From an uncultured Gemmatimonadales bacterium (lineage in GTDB: Bacteria > Gemmatimonadota > Gemmatimonadetes > Gemmatimonadales > GWC2-71-9), in the NCBI GenBank assembly GCA_963698975.1, contig CAVOSV010000003.1:517864-581863 (forward strand): a DNA stretch of 64,000 nt. Reading direction: 5' to 3'. The first letter of the stretch is position 1. Each line of letters begins with the position of its first letter. Below are positions 26,976-35,144 of this stretch, piece by piece. The translations under genes and the position numbers were made by a program. The notes beneath the pieces are model-generated. The model was given only the letters and a program-made list of their open reading frames with translations. It did no database searches and was not told the DNA's origin.

Positions 26976-29348
26976 ATGAGTTCACCGGACACCATCCAAC
27001 GGTCGATTCTTCCGATCCCTGACGCGCAGCACGGGAGACTGACCACCTACGACGCGAAGGATCCGGACACGAAGTTCCCGCCGATCGAGACGCTGCTCCC
27101 GCCCAAGGCCGCGCCGAACGTGCTGGTGATTCTCATCGATGACGTCGGCTACGGAGCCACCAGCGCGTTCGGGGGGTCGTGCCGGACACCCAATTTCGAG
27201 AAGCTCGCGGAGGGCGGACTGCGATACACCCGTTTCCACACGACGGCGCTGTGCTCGCCCACCCGTCAAGCGCTCCTGACCGGCCGCAACCATCACTCCG
27301 TCGGCATGGGGGGCGTCACCGAGATCGCTACCGGCGCTCCGGGCTACAACTCGGTCTTGCCGAACACCAAGGCACCCCTGCCCTTAACCTTGAAACTGAA
27401 CGGATATTCGACGGCGCAATTCGGCAAGTGCCATGAGGTCCCGGTGTGGCAGACCAGTGCGGCAGGACCGTTCAATGCGTGGCCGACCGGCGGCGGCGGG
27501 TTCGAATACTTCTACGGCTTCATCGGCGGCGAGAACAACCAGTGGGACCCGGCCCTGTACGAGGGCACGACTGCAATCGAGCCGCCAAAGACCCCTGCCG
27601 AAGGCTACCACCTGACCGAAGACCTGACGGACAAGGCGATCGGCTGGATTCGGCAGCAGAAGGCGTTGCTGGGCGACAAGCCGTTCTTCATTTATTTCGC
27701 TCCCGGTGCCACCCACGCACCGCACCATGTCCCCAAGGAGTGGATCGAGAAGTACAGGGGCAAGTTCTCCCACGGCTGGGACCAAGAGCGCGAGATCACC
27801 TTCAAGCGGCAGAAGGAGTTGGGCGTCATCGCGGCTGACTCGGTGCTCACCGCTCGGCATCAGGAGATCCCCGCCTGGGAGGACATGGATCCCAAGCTCA
27901 AGCCGGTGCTCGAGCGGGAGATGGAGGTGTACGCTGCGTTCATGGAACACACCGACTATCACGTTGGCCGCCTGATCGATTCGCTTCGCGATCTGGAGAT
28001 CCTGGACGACACACTGATCTATCTGATCCTGGGCGACAACGGCGCGTCTGCGGAGGGCACTCTGCAGGGCTCCTTCAACGAGATGGCGAATTTCAACGGA
28101 CTGCCTGAGCTGGAAACACCCGAGTTCCTGATGTCCAAGCTGAAGGACTTCGGCGGCGAAGAATCCTACGGGCACTATGCGGTGGGCTGGGCCTGGGCGA
28201 TGGATACACCATATCAGTGGGCCAAACAGGTGGCCTCGCACTGGGGCGGTACCCGCAACGGCACCGTCGTGCACTGGCCCCGTGGCATCAAGGACAAGGG
28301 TGCCACGCGCAACCAGTTCAGCCACGTCATCGACGTTGCGCCCACCGTGCTCGAGGCGGCGGGACTTGCCGAGCCTACTATGGTCAACGGCGTGTTGCAG
28401 AGCCCGTATGAGGGCACCAGCATGGTCTACAGCTTCACCGACGCCAATGCCGCCGAGCGACACGAGACGCAGTACTTCGAGATGTTCTGCAACCGGGGCA
28501 TTTACCACAAGGGCTGGAGCGCGGTGACCAAGCACCGCACACCGTGGGAGAGTGGCGGGAAGTTGCCTGCCTTCGACGACGATGTCTGGGAGCTCTACGA
28601 CGGCAGCAAGGACTGGACTCAGGCCAACGACTTGTCCAAGAGTATGCCGGAAAAGTTACACGAGCTGCAGCGGCTGTGGCTGATCGAGGCGGTGAAGTAC
28701 AACGTGTTGCCGCTCGATGACCGGCAGATCGAGCGCCTCAATTCCGATCTGGCGGGCCGGCCCGTACTGGTGAAAGGCAATTCGCAGCTCCTGTTCCCCG
28801 GGATGGGGCGCCTGTCCGAGAACAGTGTGCTCAACATCAAGAACAAGTCCTTCGCCGTCACGTCAGAGCTGGAGGTGCCGGCCGAGGGCGCCGAGGGTGT
28901 GATCATCGCGCAGGGTGGTCGCTTCGGGGGCTGGGCCCTCTACGCCAAGGGAGGTAGGGCCAAGTTTGTGTACAACCTCCTCGGCATCAAATCGTACGTC
29001 GTTGAAGCCACCACGCCCATCCCTGCCGGCAAGATCCAAGTACGCATGGAATTCGCCTATGACGGCGGTGGCATGGGCAGGGGCGGAACGGTGACCCTGT
29101 ACTCCGGTGGCAAGGAAGTGGGCCACGGCCGGGTCGAGCAGACCCAGGGCTTCATCTTCTCGGCCGACGAGACCACCGACATCGGCTACGAGTCGGGCAC
29201 CACGGTCAGCCCCGACTACACCGCGCACGGCAGCCGCTTCAACGGGAAGATCAAGTGGGTGCAGATCGATCTGGCCGACGACTCCAAGGACGCCGACCAC
29301 TACATCAGCCACGACGAACGCCTGCGCGTGGCAATGGCACTGCAATAA
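26976..29348 (+). CDS. arylsulfatase (formylglycine-dependent sulfatase family, ~790-aa AtsA-like type)
   Basis: Sulfatase signature ALCSPTRQALLTGRNHHSVGMG (C-x-P-x-R). N-terminal metal-site region LVILIDDVGYG. No signal peptide. Confidence 0.9.
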   Translation: MSSPDTIQRSILPIPDAQHGRLTTYDAKDPDTKFPPIETLLPPKAAPNVLVILIDDVGYGATSAFGGSCRTPNFEKLAEGGLRYTRFHTTALCSPTRQALLTGRNHHSVGMGGVTEIATGAPGYNSVLPNTKAPLPLTLKLNGYSTAQFGKCHEVPVWQTSAAGPFNAWPTGGGGFEYFYGFIGGENNQWDPALYEGTTAIEPPKTPAEGYHLTEDLTDKAIGWIRQQKALLGDKPFFIYFAPGATHAPHHVPKEWIEKYRGKFSHGWDQEREITFKRQKELGVIAADSVLTARHQEIPAWEDMDPKLKPVLEREMEVYAAFMEHTDYHVGRLIDSLRDLEILDDTLIYLILGDNGASAEGTLQGSFNEMANFNGLPELETPEFLMSKLKDFGGEESYGHYAVGWAWAMDTPYQWAKQVASHWGGTRNGTVVHWPRGIKDKGATRNQFSHVIDVAPTVLEAAGLAEPTMVNGVLQSPYEGTSMVYSFTDANAAERHETQYFEMFCNRGIYHKGWSAVTKHRTPWESGGKLPAFDDDVWELYDGSKDWTQANDLSKSMPEKLHELQRLWLIEAVKYNVLPLDDRQIERLNSDLAGRPVLVKGNSQLLFPGMGRLSENSVLNIKNKSFAVTSELEVPAEGAEGVIIAQGGRFGGWALYAKGGRAKFVYNLLGIKSYVVEATTPIPAGKIQVRMEFAYDGGGMGRGGTVTLYSGGKEVGHGRVEQTQGFIFSADETTDIGYESGTTVSPDYTAHGSRFNGKIKWVQIDLADDSKDADHYISHDERLRVAMALQ

Positions 29349-29393
29349 GGCGCGTCGCGCTGGCTCGGCAGTCAGCGCCCCGAGGAGGACGAC

Positions 29394-30656
29394 ATGAGCG
29401 TTCCGTCCGACCGCGTGGCCGTGCACGACCATATGAACGTGAACGATCGTGTCGGTAACGTGGGCCAAGGCAGCGCACCGGAGCCGGCCCCTCTGACCGA
29501 GTTCTCCCTGGTGCTGGGCGGGCCGCTCTATCAACTCTGGCGGCGGACCCGTCTGAGCGGAGAGGCGCTGCAGCTGATGCGCCGCCGGATCGTCGTTCTG
29601 ACGGTCCTGGCTTGGGTGCCGTTGCTGGTTCTCTCCGCCCTTCAAGGGCACGCCTGGGGAGGCGTGAAGCTGCCCTTCCTCTACGACATAGAGCTACACG
29701 CCCGCCTGCTGCTGGCCATGCCGCTGTTGATTCTGGCGGAGCTCGCCGTTCACCGACGACTTCGTGGCACGGTGGAGCAGTTCATCGAACGGGACCTGAT
29801 CCCCGATGCGAATCGTGCGGCATTCGACGCGGCCATTTCATCGGCGAGGCGGCTGCGCAACTCGGTCTGGGTGGAGGCGCTGCTCCTCGTCCTGGTCTAC
29901 GTCGTCGGGGTTGGATTCCTCTGGCGCAGACAGATGGCCCTTCCGGTACCCAGCTGGCACGGGGCAATCGTCGATGGGATATGGCGGCCATCACTCGCCG
30001 GCTGGTGGCTGGGCCTGGTGAGCCTGCCGTTGTTTCAGTTCCTGCTGCTGCGCTGGTACTTCCGGCTGTTCATCTGGGCCCGATTCCTCTGGCACATGTC
30101 GCGGATCCAGCTGAACATCATAGCAACCCACCCGGATAGCGCCGGCGGCCTGGGCTTCCTCGCGTCCGTTGGTCGCACGTTCGCGCTGCTGCTTCTGGCC
30201 CAGGGGATAATGCTGGCCGGGCTCATGGCCAACCGGATCTTCTACGCTGGCGCGACGCTGCCCCAGTTCAAGGTGGAGCTGGTTGGGCTGGTGACCGCGA
30301 TGGTATTCGCCGTGCTGGGGCCCCTGTTGGTGTTCACTCGGCAGCTCGAAGCCGCCAAGCGGGCGGGCTCTCGCAGATACGGCGTGCTGGCCCAGCGCTA
30401 CATGAGCGAGTTCGACCGCAAGTGGGTGCGGGGGCAGCCTCGCTCGGATGAGGCGCTGCTCGGGAACGCCGATATCCAGTCCCTGGCTGATATGGGAAAC
30501 AGCTTCGACGTCGTGAAGGGCATGCGCTGGACTCCCTTTACTTTCTCCACGGTGGTGCAGTTGGCGCTGACCACCCTCCTCCCGGTGCTGCCGCTGGGGT
30601 TGACGATGTTCTCGGCCGAGGAGTTTCTCGACCGCCTGCTCAAGGTTGTATTCTAG
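29394..30656 (+). CDS. hypothetical polytopic membrane protein, 420 aa
   Basis: Several TM helices (IVVLTVLAWVPLLVLSAL, LLLAMPLLILAEL, ALLLVLVYVVGVGFLW, WWLGLVSLPLFQFLLL...). No family recognised. Confidence 0.6.
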   Translation: MSVPSDRVAVHDHMNVNDRVGNVGQGSAPEPAPLTEFSLVLGGPLYQLWRRTRLSGEALQLMRRRIVVLTVLAWVPLLVLSALQGHAWGGVKLPFLYDIELHARLLLAMPLLILAELAVHRRLRGTVEQFIERDLIPDANRAAFDAAISSARRLRNSVWVEALLLVLVYVVGVGFLWRRQMALPVPSWHGAIVDGIWRPSLAGWWLGLVSLPLFQFLLLRWYFRLFIWARFLWHMSRIQLNIIATHPDSAGGLGFLASVGRTFALLLLAQGIMLAGLMANRIFYAGATLPQFKVELVGLVTAMVFAVLGPLLVFTRQLEAAKRAGSRRYGVLAQRYMSEFDRKWVRGQPRSDEALLGNADIQSLADMGNSFDVVKGMRWTPFTFSTVVQLALTTLLPVLPLGLTMFSAEEFLDRLLKVVF

Positions 30657-31789
30657 CCCGCCTTCTAGTACTCGCCCTGATCACCGCCTCCTGCGGGACG
30701 GCGTCGGCCCAGGGAGTTGAAACCTCAGACATCCCGTCGATCGAGCCGGCACCCGGAACGGTCGAAAGCAGTGCCGAAAAAGGATCAGGGGTCACGCCCC
30801 TGGTGGCACCGCTGCCGTTTAAGAACTCGCAGATCGGCTGGGGCGTGGCCCTGATGCTGGGTCTGATTCACCGGCTCGATGCCGATACCACGGTCAAGCC
30901 TTCCACCGGGGCAATCGTGGGTCTTGCCAGTGAGAACGGCAGCTGGGGCGTCATGGCGATGGAGATGGCCCGCCTCGGTAAGGACACCTGGCGTGCCCGC
31001 GGCGTGGCCGGCTACATGGACCTGGAGTACGACTTCTACGGGATCGGCATCGACGCCGGGGAAGCCGGCCAATCGGTGCCCATCGACCAGACCTTTTTCG
31101 TGGCCTCGGGTGCGCTCCTTCGGCACGTGGTGAGCGGTCTTTACGTCGGAGGCCAGATCCTGTGGTTGACCACCACCGTCACCCCGCAGGATTCGGTGGG
31201 CCCGAACCAGCCCGTGCTGCCCGACCAGGCTCACTCGGAGCTCCTGGCGGGCGGCCTTCAGGCGGAGTTCGATACCCGGGACGACGACTACTGGCCTCAG
31301 CGCGGGTCGTTGGCCCAGCTCAAAGGAAACTTTTTCACTACGACCACCGGAGAGTCGGGCTCATTTCAACGCTACCAGGCGGCCTGGTCGTGGTATCACG
31401 GATTTCGGGGCCCGCGGCTGGTACTCGCAACCAATCTCCTGGCCTGCGGAGCACCGGGAGACGCCCCATTCTACGGGTTATGCTCGCTCGGCACGGGCCG
31501 GTTCTCGGTTCGGGGGTACACGCAGGGCCGATACCGGGACCACTACACCACTGCGGTTCAGGCGGAGCTGCGCGGCCACACTTCGGGGCGCCTGGGCGCC
31601 GTGCTCTTCGGGGGCTTTGCGCAGGTGGCCCCGGAATTGTCCGAGATTCTCAAGTCGGAGCTGCTTCCAGCCGGCGGCGTGGGTCTTCGCTTCCAACTGG
31701 CCCGGAAGTATCCGATGCACCTGCGGCTGGATTACGCCTGGGGACGGGACGGAGGGCTGCTGTACTTCTCGGTGGGAGAGGCCATCTAG
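30650..31789 (+). CDS. Omp85/BamA-family beta-barrel protein without POTRA domains (start uncertain: ATT at 30650 or GTG at 30803)
   Basis: C-terminal GGVGLRFQLARKYPMHLRLDYAWGRDGGLLYFSVGEAI. The same frame is open upstream and encodes (I)LARLLVLALITASCGTASAQ, a lipoprotein-type signal peptide with no ATG/GTG/TTG. Confidence 0.6.
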   Translation: MLARLLVLALITASCGTASAQGVETSDIPSIEPAPGTVESSAEKGSGVTPLVAPLPFKNSQIGWGVALMLGLIHRLDADTTVKPSTGAIVGLASENGSWGVMAMEMARLGKDTWRARGVAGYMDLEYDFYGIGIDAGEAGQSVPIDQTFFVASGALLRHVVSGLYVGGQILWLTTTVTPQDSVGPNQPVLPDQAHSELLAGGLQAEFDTRDDDYWPQRGSLAQLKGNFFTTTTGESGSFQRYQAAWSWYHGFRGPRLVLATNLLACGAPGDAPFYGLCSLGTGRFSVRGYTQGRYRDHYTTAVQAELRGHTSGRLGAVLFGGFAQVAPELSEILKSELLPAGGVGLRFQLARKYPMHLRLDYAWGRDGGLLYFSVGEAI

Positions 31790-31835
31790 GCCAAACGGGG
31801 CCTTACATCCTAAAAACGGAACCTGACATCGGCTT

Positions 31836-32177
31836 TCATTGGCCCGCGTGGCGGTGCCGCAGCTCCGCCATGTCGCGATCGAGGAAGTAATTAAGGAATG
31901 TTCGAATCACCGCGACCGCACCGAGCCGGGCCACCGCCTCCCAGTGATGAGTTATGGAGGTCTCGAGGATGTCGGCGCCGAGCTGGAAGGTGAGTGCCGC
32001 CACCAGCCACCGGGCGTAGCCGAGCCACACATCGCGGCGCTCCGGCCGAGGCCCTCCCGCCAGGAGCAGCCGGACCACGGCGACGATTGCCTCCACCGAT
32101 CCCGCCAGGACCATCACTAGCGCGAGGCCGTTGAGGAAGGCGACGGAGATCTCGGTCACATGAATCAGCCAGTTCAT
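31836..32177 (-). CDS. DUF1622 domain-containing membrane protein
   Basis: 113 aa. MNWLIHVTEISVAFLNGLALVMVLAGSVEA...FQLGADILETSI matches my recollection of DUF1622. Confidence 0.65.
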   Translation of the reverse strand: MNWLIHVTEISVAFLNGLALVMVLAGSVEAIVAVVRLLLAGGPRPERRDVWLGYARWLVAALTFQLGADILETSITHHWEAVARLGAVAVIRTFLNYFLDRDMAELRHRHAGQ

Positions 32178-32209
32178 CAGCTTGACGATCCGGAATGGCG
32201 GCGCAGACT

Positions 32210-32229
32210 GAAACTGTCAGTTGTGACAG
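32210..32229 (-). promoter_or_regulatory. 20-nt motif copy 3 (CTGTCACAACTGACAGTTTC)
   Basis: 32 nt upstream of the ATG at 32177. Identical 20-mer at 49004-49023. Outer end of the left arm of the cassette. Confidence 0.7.
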
Positions 32230-32290
32230 GCGGTAGGTGAAGCAGCGGGAGGTACTGCAGCGGTAGGACGGTAGATGGAGCGGCGGTAGT
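32230..32290. repeat. left inverted arm of the four-helix-bundle cassette (CGGTAG-containing ~15-nt units)
   Basis: Its reverse complement aligns with 32731-32780: a 33-nt block CTGCAGTACCTCCC.C.GCTTCACCTACCGC with 2 mismatches. Confidence 0.8.
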
Positions 32291-32302
32291 CCGCCCGTAC
32301 TG

Positions 32303-32668
32303 TCAGGGTGACTGTGTTTCCATAACAGACTTGTAAAGCCGCCATAGCAACTGGCCGGCTTGATTCCGAAGTCCATCCAATTCTTGAAAGACCTGTGGCT
32401 GGAGAATTCCCCGGTCCCGGCTGAATCGAAGCAGATACGAGACTTCGAACAACGATCCCAGTGCGATGTCGAGGTATCGCCGAAGCTCTCGCGGCCCTCG
32501 CTTGGCAGATCCTTCAGCAATGTTGGCGGGGACGGAAAGTGCAGCGCGACGAACTTGAGCGGTGAGACCGAATCTTTCGGCAGATGGCCAGTGCTCAGTC
32601 CTGGTATAAACCTCCAAGGCAAGTTGGTGGGCTGCTCTCCAGCAATGGAGCCTTTCGTAGGGGACCAT
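32303..32668 (-). CDS. four-helix-bundle protein (TIGR02436 / '23S rRNA intervening sequence protein' family)
   Basis: YERLHCWRAAHQLALEVYTRT...RFGLTAQVRRAALSVPANIAEGSAKRGPRELRRYLDIALGSLFEVSYLL. Start taken at MVPYERL. Confidence 0.8.
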   Translation of the reverse strand: MVPYERLHCWRAAHQLALEVYTRTEHWPSAERFGLTAQVRRAALSVPANIAEGSAKRGPRELRRYLDIALGSLFEVSYLLRFSRDRGILQPQVFQELDGLRNQAGQLLWRLYKSVMETQSP

Positions 32669-32715
32669 CCCACAGTCTGACAGAAAATTTTTCGCTTGTA
32701 TAACCATCCTCGCGC

Positions 32716-32858
32716 CGTCCCTACCGTCCTCCCGCCGCCTCATCTACCGCTGCAGTACCTCCCACCGCTTCACCTACCGCCGCAGTACCTACCGCTACCG
32801 CCACCGCCATACCTACCGCTGCAACATCTACCGCTGCGGTTTCTCGCTCTACCGCCTC
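32716..32858. repeat. right inverted arm: tandem ~15-nt units CTACCGCYGCARYAY (CTACCG occurs 8 times)
   Basis: CTACCGCTGCAGTAC / CTACCGCCGCAGTAC / CTACCGCTGCAACAT / CTACCGCTGCGGTTT and others. About 76 nt longer than the left arm. Confidence 0.8.
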
Positions 32859-32878
32859 CTGTCACAACAGACAGTTTC
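32859..32878 (+). promoter_or_regulatory. 20-nt motif copy 4 (CTGTCACAACAGACAGTTTC)
   Basis: 31 nt upstream of the ATG at 32910. Outer end of the right arm. Confidence 0.7.
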
Positions 32879-32909
32879 CGCCCACAGCCAAACGTCGCAA
32901 GCTGCTACC

Positions 32910-33776
32910 ATGTGGCGCTTCCTTGTCCTCACGGCCGGCCTCGCCCCATTGCTCGCCTCAACTGCCTCCGCCCAGGAGTTGGACCCCCGTTTGTATCCGA
33001 AATGGGAGATCGACGCCTCGGCTACGCTCCTCCTGTTAGGGGAAACCATCCGGGTGGATCCGCTGAACCAGCCGGGAGAGGGCACCGAATTCGATGCCGA
33101 AGATGTGCTCGGGGTGTCCGGCACCAGCTTCCAACCCCGGGCCGCGCTGCGCTGGAGACCAGGCAAGCGGCACGAGCTGGAGCTGGGCTATCTCCGCGCC
33201 GTGCGGTCGGCCGACAAGGTGCTGCGCGATACCCTCGTTGTTGCCGATACCACCTTCGACGCTGGTCTGAGGCTCAACTCGAACCTGAGGACCAGCCAGG
33301 CATTCCTCACGTATCGCTATAGCTTCCGCGCCCGACCCGAGAGCCAGATCGGCGCCGCCGTGGGTTTGGGAGCCATCTTCCTGAAGAGCGAGCTCGACGC
33401 GACGGCCGCCACCACCCAGGGGGCCTCTGACACAGCCATCGTCGAGCGATCGAAGACCAGCAGCTTTACCGCCCCGACTCTATCACTCGGCCTTTACGGG
33501 CGGTGGAAGCTGGGCGAGAAGTGGTACCTGGAATCGGATGCCCGGGGGGTCTACTTCAAGGTCGAGAACTTCAAGGCGGGCGTAGCCGAGCTGGGACTGG
33601 CTGGACGTCGTTTCTTTAGCGAAAAGTTTGCCGGTGAGCTGGGGTATAATCTCGGGTTCTACACCGTTACCCTGGAGAAGGGTAGCGCGGACAATGCCTT
33701 CCTCAACATCGACGTGGCGGGAAAGATCAAGTACACGGTGAATGGTTTCCACGGAGGGATCGTTTTTATCTTCTGA
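32910..33776 (+). CDS. outer-membrane beta-barrel protein (hypothetical)
   Basis: Signal peptide MWRFLVLTAGLAPLLASTASAQE. Alternating strands; C-terminal GGIVFIF. Confidence 0.7.
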   Translation: MWRFLVLTAGLAPLLASTASAQELDPRLYPKWEIDASATLLLLGETIRVDPLNQPGEGTEFDAEDVLGVSGTSFQPRAALRWRPGKRHELELGYLRAVRSADKVLRDTLVVADTTFDAGLRLNSNLRTSQAFLTYRYSFRARPESQIGAAVGLGAIFLKSELDATAATTQGASDTAIVERSKTSSFTAPTLSLGLYGRWKLGEKWYLESDARGVYFKVENFKAGVAELGLAGRRFFSEKFAGELGYNLGFYTVTLEKGSADNAFLNIDVAGKIKYTVNGFHGGIVFIF

Positions 33777-33779
33777 CTT

Positions 33780-34322
33780 TTATTTCACGCTATACCCCTT
33801 CCCTTCCAGGCACGCGCTCATCCCCTTCTTGAACGCCTCGATCTTCCCGGCTGCCTCTCCCTGGGCACCGGCCACCGCCTGTTGCTCCGCCTGCTTGCCG
33901 GCCTGCTTCTTGGCTCGCCGGCCCTTGACGGCTCCCGCCGCCGCCCCGATCGCGGCACCCGTGCCGGCGTCACCCGCGATGCCGCCGACGATGGCCCCGC
34001 CAGCAGCGCCGCCGGCCGCACCTTTGACTGCCGCACCGTGCGTTGCGGTATCGGCTGCCGCTTTTCCTGCCGCCGCCGCAGAGTCAGCGTTGACGGTCAC
34101 CGTCGCGGGATCGATACCGGTTTGTTCCTTTGACCAATCGTAGCAGGCCTTCTCGTCCTGCGACTGCTGCTCCTTGGTCTGGTCCTTGGCCGGAAACACG
34201 ACCAGTCCCAGCTGGCCCGAAAGTGAAGCCGGCGCGGGGGCCGCAGTCTGGGCCCCCGCCCGCGGGAGGTCTATCCCCAAGGCCCACACCAGCAGCAGTG
34301 TGGCACAGCAAATCTTTGTCAT
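33780..34322 (-). CDS. glycine-zipper family secreted/membrane protein
   Basis: Signal peptide and Gly/Ala zipper GAAGGAAGGAIVGGIAGDAGTGAAIGAAAGAV. Confidence 0.65.
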   Translation of the reverse strand: MTKICCATLLLVWALGIDLPRAGAQTAAPAPASLSGQLGLVVFPAKDQTKEQQSQDEKACYDWSKEQTGIDPATVTVNADSAAAAGKAAADTATHGAAVKGAAGGAAGGAIVGGIAGDAGTGAAIGAAAGAVKGRRAKKQAGKQAEQQAVAGAQGEAAGKIEAFKKGMSACLEGKGYSVK

Positions 34323-34349
34323 GGTGCCTTCTTGAAAACGATCCCCGAC

Positions 34350-35030
34350 CTAGAAGGCGAACACCAGGCCGCCGGTCCACTGGCCCTGGTTCACCCATGC
34401 CGTCCCTTCACCCGCGACGCAGGCATAGAATCCGCACCAGACGCCGTAGTCACCCGAGGGCACCGGTGTCACCCAGAGCTTGATGTCGCTCCGGATGCCA
34501 ATCCGCTGGCTGGAGAACATGTACTTGGCCCCACCGCCGACGCTCCAGGAGAAGCGGGTACTGGAACCGACTCCGTCCGCCTTGGGATCGAGCACGTTGA
34601 TGCCGAGCGAGCCGGTGATAAACGGCCGCAGCTTTTCCGAGTGTCCGAACTCCTGCCGCCCGCCGATCTGGACGTAATTGAACGCGAAGCCGCCGGGCAG
34701 AGGGACGTTCGTTCCTCCGGTGGCTGGATCAAATTCGATGTCGCTGTCCTGCCGGGAGTAGAGCAGCTCGACGGCAGATCCCATGTGGGCCAGGAAGCTG
34801 ACGACCAGACCCCAGGAGAACGAGTCCGGGACCCGGAGCTCGCCCGCTCCCAGCACGCCACCTGCGTCGGTCTGGAATGCGCCGCCAAAGGACCAGGCCG
34901 CAAAGGGCGTGAGCTCGAAGCGGCTGTGGTGCACCTCCTGCAATTGAGCTGCTGCCGGGGCCGCGGTGAGCCACAGCGCTGCAGCGCCAATGACGAGGGG
35001 GAGGATACGGCATCTCATGGTGTGCCTCAC
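34350..35030 (-). CDS. outer-membrane beta-barrel protein (OMP_b-brl/OmpW-like)
   Basis: Signal peptide ...AAPAAAQ. C-terminal GGLVFAF. Confidence 0.7.
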   Translation of the reverse strand: MRHTMRCRILPLVIGAAALWLTAAPAAAQLQEVHHSRFELTPFAAWSFGGAFQTDAGGVLGAGELRVPDSFSWGLVVSFLAHMGSAVELLYSRQDSDIEFDPATGGTNVPLPGGFAFNYVQIGGRQEFGHSEKLRPFITGSLGINVLDPKADGVGSSTRFSWSVGGGAKYMFSSQRIGIRSDIKLWVTPVPSGDYGVWCGFYACVAGEGTAWVNQGQWTGGLVFAF

Positions 35031-35111
35031 TGGGTTCGTAAATGGATGCTTGGCACAGCTCGGCTCAGCCGCCGGGCCGACGGTACAGGGTACGATGTTC
35101 CTGGTGCTCGG

Positions 35112-35131
35112 GTAACTGTTAGTTCTTACAG
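35112..35131 (-). promoter_or_regulatory. 20-nt motif copy 5 (CTGTAAGAACTAACAGTTAC)
   Basis: 81 nt upstream of the start at 35030. 19/20 identical to copy 6, with similarity continuing about 15 nt further. Confidence 0.65.
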
Positions 35132-35144
35132 GACGGCTCCGGCC

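Noticed and set aside
32300-32320. Extra degenerate motif copies: CTGTCAGGGTGACTGTGTTTC (32300-32320), CTGCATACTCCAGTGCAGTTCC (49053-49074) and the region around 22296-22324
   Set aside because: They need indels to align (N11/N12 instead of N10 between CTG and CAG) or match only half of the motif. One of them overlaps a stop codon. They are not counted among the nine copies.
32716-32858. A CRISPR-like array suggested by the regularly spaced CTACCG repeats
   Set aside because: The units are only ~15 nt with no unique spacers. They have an inverted counterpart on the other side of the gene, and no cas genes are present.
32696-33322. 208-aa proline-rich ORF (..LPLQYLPPLHLPPQYLPLPPPPYLPLQHLPL..), and ORF 31891..32673 on the other strand
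   Set aside because: These are translations of the 15-nt DNA repeats. They then run out of frame through the real OMP and four-helix-bundle genes. There is no independent coding signal.
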